From assembly GCA_051382295.1 (NCBI GenBank), contig JBBCAW010000012.1, positions 1-64,000 of the forward strand: DNA of 64,000 bases. Direction: 5' to 3'. This document shows positions 10,084 to 20,046 of the stretch, one piece after another; position 1 is the first letter of the stretch, and every line of letters begins with the position of its first letter. A program made the position numbers and the translations under genes. The notes beneath the pieces are model-generated. The model did no database searches and was not told the origin of the DNA. It saw only the letters and a list, made by a program, of their open reading frames with translations. The stretch comes from Bdellovibrionota bacterium FG-1 (GTDB taxonomy: Bacteria > Bdellovibrionota > UBA1018).

Positions 10084-11952
10084 CTAATTCGTTCCAGCGG
10101 GCATACGCACAGGTTCGTTGGGCCCGTTGCTGCCTCGTAATGTGTCTAGTTTGATCTGAAGTTTGCGTTTTGCCTCAGTGTCCTCGGCATATTTGGCTGC
10201 ATCGTTGTACTGTAGCATCGCCTTCTCTCGAAGATTAGCCCTGAGGTAGGCATCGCCGAGATGTTCCAAGATTGTCGGTTCGTTGGGTTTCAGTTTGGCT
10301 GCTTTTTCAAGTTCAACCACTGCTTCAGGCAGACGTCCACGTGTAAACAAGTACCAACCCCAACTGTCTTGCACATAACCGTTGTCTGGACGCAGTCCTA
10401 ACGCGCGGCGCAGGAGTTTCTCGGCATCATTGAGCCGAATCCCCCGATTTGTCCAGGTGTAGCCAATGTAGTTCAGGGCATCGACATTGTCTGGGTTGGT
10501 TTGTAAAATGGCTTCCATCTGCTCGAGCCCCTGATCGACTAGTCCTTTGCGGTCATAAAGACTGCCCAGGTAATAGTGAATTTTTTCGTCATCAGGAAAT
10601 CGCTTAACTGCGGACTCCAGAACTTCAACAGCGCCGCTCAGGTTTTTGGCATCTTCCTCTAAACTTGCGCTGAAAATATAAAAACTGGAAGTGTTTGGGG
10701 ATTTTGAAATGGCTTCTTGAATGAAGGTTTTTGACTCGGCGACGTTGCCCGTCTGTTTGATCAGATAGGCAACGTGTAACGCGGCGTCAGGGTAAAGTTT
10801 TGAGCCGGGACGAATGGCCTTGAGCTGAGCAATGGCCTCTTCATTTTTTTGAGTTTCTTCGTAGAGGCTCCCTAAATAATAATGAATGCGATCAGATTCT
10901 GGGTTTTTTTCCAAAATTCGTTTGAACGTTGCAATCGCTTGATCAAACTTTTTTAATTCCATTTGAACAAGGCCGAGTTTAACGCGCGCACTCATGTCTT
11001 CAGCGTCTGATGCAACGACCGCCTCAAGATAAGGGATGGCTTGCTCATATTTTTCTTCTTTGAGTAAAATCGTCGAAAGGCGATTGGCCGCACCTTGATC
11101 TTGGGTTTCTTCGAAGAGATCCTGATACACCTTCATGGCCTCTGGGTTTTTATGCTTTTCTTCGTAAAGATAGCCGAGGGCGAGTGTCGCTTGGACGAAC
11201 CCCTCGCGGAGAGTCATTGCTTTGCGAAAAGCGTGGACTGCTTCATCAAAGTGATTTTGATGCTGCTCAGCGCGTCCTAAATAGTAGTAAACCAGTGCTG
11301 ATTCTGGGGTGGCTTTTAAAAATAGTCGAAGCGCTTGTACGGCTAGGTCACCGTGACCGTCCTCCACCAGGACTTGGGATTTATAAACGATGGCCTCTTC
11401 ATGTTTGGGGTCCTTTTTGAGTACTTGGTCATATTCCGCCAAAGCGGCTTTAGAATCATGGGTGGTTGAATAGAGCCCAGCTAGCAAAAGACGAGCGTCT
11501 ATAAAGTTTGGATCACGTTGCAATGCTTCTTTGCAGGAGTCCATTGCAGCGCTCAACATTCCTTTCTTGACATATTCAGTCGCCAATCGAACCTGAACCA
11601 GTGCGGATTGGGGGTCAAACATTAATGTGAGCTTATACTCTTCGATCGCCCGATCTGGGCTACCTTCTGCCACATACGCCTGGGCTAGGCTGAAATGGTA
11701 CTCAGCTGAAGCCTCTGTATTTTTTTTTGCCTGAAGGGTGGTTTTGACCATTTGTTCGTGCTCACCTTGGGTGGCCTGGTCATCTTTGGTATTGGATTTA
11801 TTGATTTTTTCTGTTTGTGAAACAGGAATGGGATTGGCTGGTTCTCTCACCGGATGACTGGCGCACGCTCCAACGAGGAGAGCCGTCAGTGCGGTAAAAG
11901 TCATCGAACCAATCCAGCTTCCGAAAGAAATTTGATACAAATGGGTCTTCAT
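10084..11952 (-). CDS. Tetratricopeptide-repeat lipoprotein
   Basis: Many TPR units; C-terminal ALNYIGY...DSWGW...EHLGD; lipobox VGAC; likely ATG at 11952 with AGAGGGG RBS (the ORF track extends to 12258). Confidence 0.88.
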   Translation of the reverse strand: MKTHLYQISFGSWIGSMTFTALTALLVGACASHPVREPANPIPVSQTEKINKSNTKDDQATQGEHEQMVKTTLQAKKNTEASAEYHFSLAQAYVAEGSPDRAIEEYKLTLMFDPQSALVQVRLATEYVKKGMLSAAMDSCKEALQRDPNFIDARLLLAGLYSTTHDSKAALAEYDQVLKKDPKHEEAIVYKSQVLVEDGHGDLAVQALRLFLKATPESALVYYYLGRAEQHQNHFDEAVHAFRKAMTLREGFVQATLALGYLYEEKHKNPEAMKVYQDLFEETQDQGAANRLSTILLKEEKYEQAIPYLEAVVASDAEDMSARVKLGLVQMELKKFDQAIATFKRILEKNPESDRIHYYLGSLYEETQKNEEAIAQLKAIRPGSKLYPDAALHVAYLIKQTGNVAESKTFIQEAISKSPNTSSFYIFSASLEEDAKNLSGAVEVLESAVKRFPDDEKIHYYLGSLYDRKGLVDQGLEQMEAILQTNPDNVDALNYIGYTWTNRGIRLNDAEKLLRRALGLRPDNGYVQDSWGWYLFTRGRLPEAVVELEKAAKLKPNEPTILEHLGDAYLRANLREKAMLQYNDAAKYAEDTEAKRKLQIKLDTLRGSNGPNEPVRMPAGTN

Positions 11953-12429
11953 CAAACACGCCCCTCTAGAGTACGGATCGACATCTTTGAAAAAAACTGT
12001 AACGTCAGTTGCGCATTTCGGTTCTTTTGGCTCAAGCCGGCTCGGTTGGAACGCCAAGTGCAATAGTCTCGCAGCGTCGATTGAGCCTCTTGCATTTAGT
12101 CGAAAGATGTGGTTTATTCGGCGCGTTACGAAAAAAATAAGATCTCGGGTGCCGCTCTCAGAGCGAAGCTTGACTTTGGCGCGCCGGGTTGTTATTTGGC
12201 TAGATGGATATTGATGACACGGTGTGGCAGTAAAATAATCACGCTTGGCATCATCCAAGAGGAAATCAACTGTTTGGGGGATTGTGCCTGTAGTAACAAC
12301 GTGAAAATAAAGGAATTTTAGAAATCACGGTTGAGATCGAATTCTTGTATAATTGCGAAGTTTTAGGGAAAACAGGCAACTTGGAACTAGGCCGACGCTG
12401 AAAGGCGGCCAAAAAAATCAGGGGGAACC

Positions 12430-12786
12430 ATGAAAGAAACAAAGATCATTAAACGCTATCAAAACCGCAAGCTCTACGACACCCATGAATCCAGCTATGT
12501 CACCTTGGATGAAATCGCCAAGATGATTAAGGGTGGCGAAGACCTTCGCGTGATCGACAATAAAACAAAAAACGATATCACTGCTGCAACGCTGACTCAG
12601 CTTCTCTATGAAAGTGAGCGTAAGGCAAAAACTCAGCCTTCGGTAGAGCTCCTTAAGGAAATCATTCGCCACGGCGATGGTTCTTTTTCGGGCTACATCC
12701 ATGCCAAGATCAGCTCTGAAATTGCTCAGTTTGACGCTACCAGCGATGTAAACGCTGTTGCACGTACTGCTGTAATGAATCAGTAA
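12430..12786 (+). CDS. PhaR-type (PHA synthesis regulator) DNA-binding domain protein
   Basis: IIKRYQNRKLYDT.ESSYVTLDEI...VIDNKT..DIT..TL.Q signature. Confidence 0.88.
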   Translation: MKETKIIKRYQNRKLYDTHESSYVTLDEIAKMIKGGEDLRVIDNKTKNDITAATLTQLLYESERKAKTQPSVELLKEIIRHGDGSFSGYIHAKISSEIAQFDATSDVNAVARTAVMNQ

Positions 12787-12812
12787 TTGATTGGCATTGG
12801 CCAAAGATGATG

Positions 12813-12849
12813 AAAATGGGTCACCTCACAAGGGTGGCCCATTTTTTTT
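12813..12849 (+). terminator. Rho-independent terminator
   Basis: AAAATGGGTCACC-loop-GGTGGCCCATTTT followed by a T run, downstream of the PhaR-like gene. Confidence 0.85.
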
Positions 12850-12981
12850 GTACTTAGGGGACCCGATGGCAACTTTCTGACGGCTGGGTGTTGTTAGAAG
12901 TCTTTGCAGAAAGCAAAATCCCCGATAGACTCAGGTGAGAGCCCATGGAGGGCGTTTTTTGACCGACAAGGAGGTCTGGCC

Positions 12982-13689
12982 ATGAATTGCCCGAATTTTG
13001 TCCGCGCTCTGCGGAGTGTTTGCACTGCATCAGGGGTTTTGGTTTTGCTGGTGTCTAACCTGGCTTGGGCGGCGACTGGCTCAGCATGGCAATCGCAGCC
13101 TTCTTGGGCCGCAGCAACTCCGGATAATGCCTCGAGTGCTCCGCGAAAAAGTGCAAGCGGCAAGGAGCGTTACGGAATTTCCCCTTTTTCGCCCACTTCA
13201 AACAACATTGCCCTCGATGTGGGGCAGGTTTTTTTAATGGGGGATCTGGGTAATCGGTACAACGACAGCATTGGGACGCAAATTCATTATACCTACGGAG
13301 TAAGTGATCTTTTTGGCTTTGATACGAGTATCGGTTACTCGCAGCATTCGGATGGTAAGTTTTCGATGGGTACTCTGCTGACAGGTCTTCGTACGAATTT
13401 GGCCTGGTATGACAAAGTGGTTCCCTATTTTGTATTTGGAATGGGTTTTTATAAACCCAGCTACGAAGTCGCGGCCAATGGGCCGGCGCAGGTGAATTCG
13501 ATTTCGCCTCTGCTTTTTGGCGTGCATCTCGGCCCGGGCGTCGACCTCGAGCTCACGCGCCAGCTTTTTTTTGGTGCTGGAATTACGTTTCATGACACCT
13601 TTGGCAGCGCGCAGGTCGTCAATGGAACGAAGCTCGACGTGGGCGGAACGTTCATTTCGTTTCTCTTGCATGCTGGGGTGACGTTTTAA
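12982..13689 (+). CDS. Outer-membrane beta-barrel protein
   Basis: AAGGAGG RBS, signal peptide, alternating beta strands, terminal Phe (AGVTF). Confidence 0.8.
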   Translation: MNCPNFVRALRSVCTASGVLVLLVSNLAWAATGSAWQSQPSWAAATPDNASSAPRKSASGKERYGISPFSPTSNNIALDVGQVFLMGDLGNRYNDSIGTQIHYTYGVSDLFGFDTSIGYSQHSDGKFSMGTLLTGLRTNLAWYDKVVPYFVFGMGFYKPSYEVAANGPAQVNSISPLLFGVHLGPGVDLELTRQLFFGAGITFHDTFGSAQVVNGTKLDVGGTFISFLLHAGVTF

Positions 13690-13720
13690 GATGAACTAAA
13701 AAAAGGAGCCCCCATTTTCA

Positions 13721-15394
13721 ATGCTGACCGATATTGAGATTTCTCAACAAGTAAAACTTCAACGCATTCAAACAGTCGCCAAAAAGCTCGGAATCCCAGA
13801 AGACCATTTGGACAACTTTGGACATTATAAAGCGAAAATTTCCCTCGAATTTTTAGAAGAGATCAAAAGCCGTCCGGATGGAAAATTGATTTTGGTGACG
13901 GCTATCAGCCCTACTCCTCCCGGCGAAGGAAAAACCACCACCACCGTGGGTTTGGGTGACGCCCTAAACCGGATTGGAAAGAAAGCGCTCATTTGCCTGC
14001 GGGAACCTTCCCTAGGGCCGGTTTTTGGTATGAAGGGCGGCGCTACCGGAGGCGGATATTCGCAGGTTGTTCCGATGGAAGATATCAATCTTCATTTTAC
14101 GGGCGATTTCGGTGCGATTCAGTTGGCTAACAATCTCCTAGCGGCCTTGATCGATAATCATATTCATCACGGTAACGAACTGAATTTTGATGTAAGACGA
14201 ATTACCTGGCGACGGGTTCTCGACATGAACGATCGCGCGCTTCGGCACATCACCAATTCTTTGGGTGGGCCGGCGAATGGTTTTCCGAGAGAAGACGGAT
14301 TTGACATCGTCGTTGCTTCGGAAGTCATGGCGATTTTCTGTCTGGCGACGTCGTTGACCGATCTCAAAGCACGGCTGGGGAAGATTGTGGTCGGCTATAA
14401 CCGCGATCTAAAACCCATTCATGCCTCGGACCTCAAAGCCGAGGGCGCCATGACCGTGCTTCTCAAGGAGGCCTTTAAGCCTAATTTGGTACAAACACTC
14501 GAGCATAATCCAGCCATTATTCACGGTGGACCTTTTGCCAATATCGCGCATGGGTGCAATTCCGTCATCGCTACGGCATCCGCTCTGAAGTTGGCTGACT
14601 ACGTCGTCACGGAGGCCGGATTTGGCGCAGATTTGGGGGCTGAAAAATTCATGAACATCAAGTTCAGGAAGTCCGGCATAAAGCCCGCAGCTGCTGTCTT
14701 GGTGGCGACGGTTCGTGCGCTCAAATATCATGGCGGAGCGGATGCTAAGAGTCTCATTCAGGAAGATCTAAAAAGTCTGGAAAGTGGGATTGCAAATCTC
14801 GAAATGCACGTCAACAATATCCAAAAACATTACGGGCTTTCTTGCGTGGTTGCGCTCAACCATTTTGTCAGTGACACCCCGGCGGAACTTGAGCTTTTAC
14901 AAAAGCACGCCAAGCGCCTCAATGTGCCTCTCGTTCTCTGTAAGCATTGGGCAAATGGAAGCGCCGGCGCCGAGGATTTAGCCCGGACCGTCGTGCAAAT
15001 CATTGAGGATAAACCCTCGAGTCCCCGGCTTCTTTATCCCGATAGCATGCCTCTTTGGGATAAGGTCAACACCGTGGCCAAGCAGGTCTATGGGTCTAGT
15101 GGGGTGTCGGCCGACTCCAAAGTCCGTGCTCAAATTGCTCGGCTCCAAGAGGGCGGTTATGGCCATTTGCCGGTTTGTATCGCTAAAACGCAATATTCTT
15201 TTTCGACCAATGCGGCCGAGCGAGGCATCACCACTGGACATGTTCTGGACATTCGAGAAGTGCGTCTTTCGGCTGGTGCCGGCTTCGTGGTGATGGTTTG
15301 TGGCGAGATTATGACCATGCCAGGACTTCCTAAGGTTCCGGCCGCCGAACGAATTGACCTCGACGAACACGGAAAAGTGACTGGCCTATTCTGA
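13721..15394 (+). CDS. fhs: Formate--tetrahydrofolate ligase
   Basis: [52 protein letters not shown]. Confidence 0.98.
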   Translation: MLTDIEISQQVKLQRIQTVAKKLGIPEDHLDNFGHYKAKISLEFLEEIKSRPDGKLILVTAISPTPPGEGKTTTTVGLGDALNRIGKKALICLREPSLGPVFGMKGGATGGGYSQVVPMEDINLHFTGDFGAIQLANNLLAALIDNHIHHGNELNFDVRRITWRRVLDMNDRALRHITNSLGGPANGFPREDGFDIVVASEVMAIFCLATSLTDLKARLGKIVVGYNRDLKPIHASDLKAEGAMTVLLKEAFKPNLVQTLEHNPAIIHGGPFANIAHGCNSVIATASALKLADYVVTEAGFGADLGAEKFMNIKFRKSGIKPAAAVLVATVRALKYHGGADAKSLIQEDLKSLESGIANLEMHVNNIQKHYGLSCVVALNHFVSDTPAELELLQKHAKRLNVPLVLCKHWANGSAGAEDLARTVVQIIEDKPSSPRLLYPDSMPLWDKVNTVAKQVYGSSGVSADSKVRAQIARLQEGGYGHLPVCIAKTQYSFSTNAAERGITTGHVLDIREVRLSAGAGFVVMVCGEIMTMPGLPKVPAAERIDLDEHGKVTGLF

Positions 15395-15430
15395 TCCTAT
15401 CGTTTAAATCTTGTTAGAAGGAGTATCCAA

Positions 15431-16327
15431 ATGCTCAACCAACTTATTGCTAAAACTCTTCCGATGGTTCCCAAGGCGATTGTTTATAAAGTGGCTCGGC
15501 GCTATGTGGCAGGAAATACTCTGGACGATGCCATGCGAGTGGTGACCGTTCTGAATGGTAAAGGGATCCAAGCCACGGTCGACTTTCTGGGGGAATTTGT
15601 CAGCGATCGCGCGATGGCCGAGCAAGCCACGCACATGGCGAGTCAGACCCTGGAGGCTATTTCTGGCAAAAATCTCGGCTCGGGAATCTCGCTCAAGCTC
15701 ACTTCGCTGGGTTTGGATATTGACGATGAGTTTTGTTTTTCAAATCTGCGAGGGCTTGTGGAGCAGGCCGGCAGGTGTCAGCGCTTTGTGCGTATGGATA
15801 TGGAAAATACGCCGTACACGACCCGTACGTTGAATCTTTATCGCCGACTGCGGGCCGAGGGGTTAAATAATACGGGAGTCGTGATTCAGGCGTATTTGCG
15901 CCGAAGCGAAGCTGATATTCAATCGCTTGCGTCCTTGAATGCTTCCGTGCGCCTTTGCAAGGGCATCTATCGCGAGGCGCCTGAGCTTTCCTTTCAGAAG
16001 CCTGATGAAATCCGCGAAAATTATAAACGTCTTCTTCAGCTCCTTTTTGAAAATGGAATGCACGTGGCGATTGCCACTCACGATGATCCGCTCATCGATT
16101 TTGCGCAAAACTATATTGCCAAGCATGCGGTCTCAAAGGATCGATATGAGTTTCAGATGCTGCTCGGGGTGCGGGATTCTAAGCGCGATGAACTCGTGAG
16201 TGCCGGCCATAAAATGCGCGTGTATGTGCCCTACGGGAATGACTGGTATGGCTATTCGCTGCGTCGGTTGCGAGAAAATCCAGAAATCGCCGGACACATC
16301 CTCAAGGCGATTGTGAAGGGTGATTAG
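15431..16327 (+). CDS. Monofunctional proline dehydrogenase
   Basis: RYVAG, SLKLT, RMDME, QAYLRR, RLCKGIY, IATHD, EFQMLLG, RVYVPYG..WYGY..RRL.E. Confidence 0.95.
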   Translation: MLNQLIAKTLPMVPKAIVYKVARRYVAGNTLDDAMRVVTVLNGKGIQATVDFLGEFVSDRAMAEQATHMASQTLEAISGKNLGSGISLKLTSLGLDIDDEFCFSNLRGLVEQAGRCQRFVRMDMENTPYTTRTLNLYRRLRAEGLNNTGVVIQAYLRRSEADIQSLASLNASVRLCKGIYREAPELSFQKPDEIRENYKRLLQLLFENGMHVAIATHDDPLIDFAQNYIAKHAVSKDRYEFQMLLGVRDSKRDELVSAGHKMRVYVPYGNDWYGYSLRRLRENPEIAGHILKAIVKGD

Positions 16328-16332
16328 GCTGG

Positions 16333-16456
16333 CTCGTGGTTGACCATATTACGGGTACAAAAAAGGCGTCGGGCATTCTCGAATCCACGCAGCATCTTGA
16401 GAAGTTGGTGAATCAAAGGGATGCACGGACCGTGGAATTGAGATTGTCCGCGTAAG
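16333..16456 (+). repeat. Left copy of a 124-bp direct repeat (3' end of the antitoxin gene)
   Basis: Matches 21575-21698 at 122 of 124 positions by manual alignment. Confidence 0.95.
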
Positions 16457-16509
16457 AACAGGCAATCCCGAAAAATTAGGGACGAACCCAGCAAGGCGAT
16501 GACCGGATC

Positions 16510-17166
16510 TCATGAGTGGCTTTTGTGAAGAATCCAGAAATTTGGATCTGGTGGAAGGCGGACTGGGCCAAGAAGAGGAGCTGGCCTGCACCCTCCGTTC
16601 TTGACGAGGTCGTTCAGATCACATTGCTGAAAATAGGATTCGCAGCCCCTTCGAGTTCGGACCGCATCAAAGAGCCAAACGTACTTTGAGTGTTGTTGCG
16701 GCGTGTTTTCCAAGGACAGAGATGTACCCATAATGCACGCGTAATGAGTGTCACGAAGTCGCTTACGAACATCTCGGATAGATTCACGACATTCTTGGAT
16801 CGGCCAAGGCCTGCGGCCAATGTAGTCGTGTGCGTCGTCTCCTTCCGTGGCACTCAGGACGATGAGACCCATGACTCCTTCATGTTCATCCGCTTTACCG
16901 TTGCTTTCGCATTGGACAGAGACGGTTTTGCTCTCAAAACATTTCCAGTAGGCACCCCCCCCGGGGTCATGCGGAACAAAAGGACTGATGGGCATACTAT
17001 GGCAAGTGCTCATGGCAAGATCTTGCTCACTCAATATCCCGTGGTCATCACCGATCAGGCTGTATGGATACCTGATCTTGGCTTGCTGGGGGTGATCGAC
17101 GGAAACGTCAGCCGTCGCGCCAGTAGATATCCAAAAGGCAAAGAGTAAGGTCAGGAGCGCTTGCAT
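16510..17166 (-). CDS. Secreted Cys-rich hypothetical protein
   Basis: N-terminal signal peptide, several Cys; overlaps the stop of the upstream ORF. Confidence 0.7.
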   Translation of the reverse strand: MQALLTLLFAFWISTGATADVSVDHPQQAKIRYPYSLIGDDHGILSEQDLAMSTCHSMPISPFVPHDPGGGAYWKCFESKTVSVQCESNGKADEHEGVMGLIVLSATEGDDAHDYIGRRPWPIQECRESIRDVRKRLRDTHYACIMGTSLSLENTPQQHSKYVWLFDAVRTRRGCESYFQQCDLNDLVKNGGCRPAPLLGPVRLPPDPNFWILHKSHS

Positions 17167-17432
17167 TCTTTGAGCACCTTGTAAGCGTTGTCAAATTCAT
17201 CCATGAGAGCCTTGGCCCTGGCCTTGGAGGCTATCAAGCATCCTTTGAAATCGTAGACAGTGTCTTCCCATGAACCGGGCCGGTGGAGTTTGTTCGAGAG
17301 AAGAGCGCGTTTATGGAATAGCCACCGAATACCCGCGCAGATGTTTGTGTTGGGTTCGTTCAACTCTTCCCTGGTCACCGTGATGTAGTGATCTGCAATC
17401 TCTCCATTGGTGTCGGCAATCCGCCAGCTCAT
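17151..17432 (-). pseudogene. C-terminal fragment of an SLT-type lytic transglycosylase
   Basis: ELNEPNTNICAGIRWL resembles the SLT L.dP..Ni.aG..yL motif; the N-terminal catalytic Glu region is absent and there is an in-frame stop 10 codons upstream. Confidence 0.55.
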
Positions 17433-17622
17433 GGCAACTACCCGCGACCCAAAAACGGATCAAGGGCTTGGGGCGCTGACTATGCAAGCTAAAATCGGAA
17501 GTCGACTCAGGTTGTGGGCTAATCCCAAGTAATTGAAGTGGAACGCCTACACTGCCAGCGTTGTTAAAAAATTGCCTGATTTTTTCATTAATAATTTAAG
17601 CTATTTAAAAAATTAAAGTTCA

Positions 17623-17638
17623 TGGTCCGTACTTTGCT
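17623..17638 (+). promoter_or_regulatory. Sigma54 (-24/-12) promoter
   Basis: TGGTCCGTACTTTGCT has GG-N10-GC spacing, an AT-rich tract upstream, and lies 40 bp before the operon start. Confidence 0.6.
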
Positions 17639-17677
17639 CTAGGGCTCGCATCGCCCAGAGGGGCAAGGAGAAAAAGT

Positions 17678-18904
17678 ATGATCATGAATTCGACCAATAA
17701 AGTATTGCTCATTTCCGGCCTGGCCTTTTTTGGCTCAGCCATCACGCAGCAAGCATCGGCTTTCCCCGTTGACCCAGCTAAGGTGCCCGTTACCGGCGTC
17801 GACCTTTCTAGGCTCAGAACAGGCTATACGCTGGCTTACGATTCCAACGACAAAAGTGTTGTGTACTATTCTCCTAAGTCGGGACGTCTAGCCAGCTTCA
17901 ACGGTCTCCCTTCGATTGGCTTTGCTCGAGTCCCAAATGGCAAGGGCTACCTGCAGGCACAGTTTGAGTTCGAGATCTCGCCCGAAGATCGCGGTAACCT
18001 TTTGGAGGCCATCCGCGCCGGGGGTTACACGCCAGTACCGTTCCCCTACAACAAAACCACCGTTAAGCCATTGATCCAGGGATACGATCCAGAAAGTGGC
18101 CAGCGTACTTGTCAGGAGGTTACGGATCTCTCAACCGGATTGACCAGCAAGGTTTGCGACCAGTCGATTTACGATATTCTCACCTATGTCAGGAATGGTC
18201 CGACTCTAGGAGAGAACATAGCTGTCTCTGCCCAACTCAGCCCTGATGGGGCAGATATGTTTGGCAACCTCCTTCGTGGTGGTAATGCTTTTCAAGTTGC
18301 GCTCGAGGCGGAGTACTACACCGCCGGCGACGCATTCACGGCCGAGGTTGAAGTGAACTACTCACGCCTCTTCCAGGAGTTCAGTGTCGCGGCTAGCGCT
18401 AAAGGATGGTTCACCTCAGCGGAGGCAGAAGGCATTTGGCGACGAGAAGGTCTCTGTTATGGCAAGCCCGCCGATCAATGCGCCGTACGAGTACATCTCA
18501 CTGACGGTCGGGGTCGTGCTATTGATAACCTCTCTATCGACAAAGACAACCCCGCAGCTGACCTGGTCTGGCAGGCGGTCGAGAGGCTCAAGCAAAAGCT
18601 TGAAGACGACATGCTTACTCCTATTACCCCTGTTTATGGCCAGGCAAAAACAAGCGACGGCTTGGGCTTTCACGTCAGTGCGAAATACCAAAACTTAAGG
18701 CGAGAAATGCACGGGGTTTTTCAGTTCAAGAGTCCTCGAGCTGTTAACGTGAAAAAGACCACAATTGTAGCCACTGCGGCTTGCATTTCCGTAAGCCCCA
18801 CCGGGGTTATTACGAAAGAAACTGCCGGGGCTTGTCAGAACTACTGGAACGGCGGCGACGATATGACCAACATCTTGAATCGCCTAGCCCGTGGTCGTTA
18901 TTAA
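17678..18904 (+). CDS. Secreted hypothetical protein, operon gene 1 (408 aa)
   Basis: AAGGAG RBS, signal peptide ending ASA, paired Cys; N-terminal half homologous to gene 4. Confidence 0.85.
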   Translation: MIMNSTNKVLLISGLAFFGSAITQQASAFPVDPAKVPVTGVDLSRLRTGYTLAYDSNDKSVVYYSPKSGRLASFNGLPSIGFARVPNGKGYLQAQFEFEISPEDRGNLLEAIRAGGYTPVPFPYNKTTVKPLIQGYDPESGQRTCQEVTDLSTGLTSKVCDQSIYDILTYVRNGPTLGENIAVSAQLSPDGADMFGNLLRGGNAFQVALEAEYYTAGDAFTAEVEVNYSRLFQEFSVAASAKGWFTSAEAEGIWRREGLCYGKPADQCAVRVHLTDGRGRAIDNLSIDKDNPAADLVWQAVERLKQKLEDDMLTPITPVYGQAKTSDGLGFHVSAKYQNLRREMHGVFQFKSPRAVNVKKTTIVATAACISVSPTGVITKETAGACQNYWNGGDDMTNILNRLARGRY

Positions 18905-18931
18905 CCAGAACCGGGAAAGGAGGAAATTTTT

Positions 18932-19783
18932 ATGCGCAAGTTTACTCGTACATCTGTTGCATTGTTCGGAATTGGATTCATCACAGCAATTTTAGGAAGT
19001 GGCGCCCAGGCAGACGATGTAACAATCCGAGTTGATCAGTTCAGCGAGACGGCACAAGCCCTCAGTTTTCACCCAGCTGACCATCCGGAGACTACCTACT
19101 ATATTCCCAAGACTCATGAAGAAGTCAAATGCGAGAAGCCGCTCTCGAACCGCTCTAATTTCTGGACCTGTACAATTTTGCTAGTCAGGGAAGGTCTGGC
19201 TCCTGCTGAATTGGGACCCAATACTCAATTCTACCCTTTTACCCCTTCAAGTGAATGCGCATTGAAGCGCAATTCGGCGGATTCACGGCCGATCTCGAGC
19301 CTTAAGTCTAATGCCGCTTTGAAGCTTCGAGTGCAAGGGATGACCCCGGCTGGAGACTCTGGGGTAGTGTGCAGTTTTGGATTGGCCGTTCGTGGCGAGG
19401 CAGCTCAGGTTGAGTCTTTGATTCAGACGCTGAGCCAGCAGGCTGAGGCGCATGAGCTGATCGAGTCACCGATCAAGGTTAAGCTGACAGAACTTACTCC
19501 AGTTGGGGTGCCCTTGCAGACCTATCTGGCCAATGACCTTGGATTGAGCACAATTCAATCGCTGAGTCGAGGAGAGGCAAGTTTTCTCCTTGGCCTTGCC
19601 GCAGGACGAATAGCGGAAGTGAGCGAACGCCTTTCGCAATTGAACAGTGCGGATCGAGCAGGATTTTACAGGCGTGCTTTGAACGGCTTATTCAACGAGA
19701 TTTCGGGGGGACTTATGCTTAAGTCGCAACCGATCAGTCGTCTTGGTGTGACCTTTGAGAAATCATACGAGTTTATCCTGTGA
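18932..19783 (+). CDS. Secreted hypothetical protein, operon gene 2 (283 aa)
   Basis: AGGAGG RBS, signal peptide ending AQA, TYYIPK motif. Confidence 0.82.
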   Translation: MRKFTRTSVALFGIGFITAILGSGAQADDVTIRVDQFSETAQALSFHPADHPETTYYIPKTHEEVKCEKPLSNRSNFWTCTILLVREGLAPAELGPNTQFYPFTPSSECALKRNSADSRPISSLKSNAALKLRVQGMTPAGDSGVVCSFGLAVRGEAAQVESLIQTLSQQAEAHELIESPIKVKLTELTPVGVPLQTYLANDLGLSTIQSLSRGEASFLLGLAAGRIAEVSERLSQLNSADRAGFYRRALNGLFNEISGGLMLKSQPISRLGVTFEKSYEFIL

Positions 19784-20034
19784 GGATGACGAACATGCGA
19801 TTCGCTGTAGTGATTTTAGCCATGATGTTAACGGGATGTGGAAACGCGCCCGCTTTGCCTCAGGCTCAGGTTCAGTCTAAATGTCCTGCGCTGAAATCTG
19901 TCTCTCAGGAAGGAGACCTCGAGTATCGAGCTGCTGAAATGGGACGCCTTAATTCCGAGGGTTTAAAAGGGATTGGTGAACAGGATTTACTGGCGGTCTA
20001 CCGGGAGTGTCAGTCCATAGTGATCGGGAATTAG
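19780..20034 (+). CDS. Small lipoprotein, operon gene 3 (84 aa)
   Basis: Lipobox LTGC; GTGA overlap with gene 2; two further Cys. Confidence 0.72.
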   Translation: MRMTNMRFAVVILAMMLTGCGNAPALPQAQVQSKCPALKSVSQEGDLEYRAAEMGRLNSEGLKGIGEQDLLAVYRECQSIVIGN

Positions 20035-20046
20035 TGGAGGCGGATT

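Noticed and set aside
11953..12258. N-terminal extension of the TPR ORF (724 aa in the track)
   Set aside because: The RBS and lipoprotein signal fit a start at 11952; the extension looks non-coding.
12370..12420. c-di-GMP riboswitch-like GGCAA...GAAA hairpin
   Set aside because: Lacks the two-stem architecture and the GACGCAAA-type linker.
16320..16520. tRNA-Phe 3' duplicate (classical att site) at the left island boundary
   Set aside because: No match to the tRNA 3' end was found there; the boundary is the antitoxin-derived repeat.
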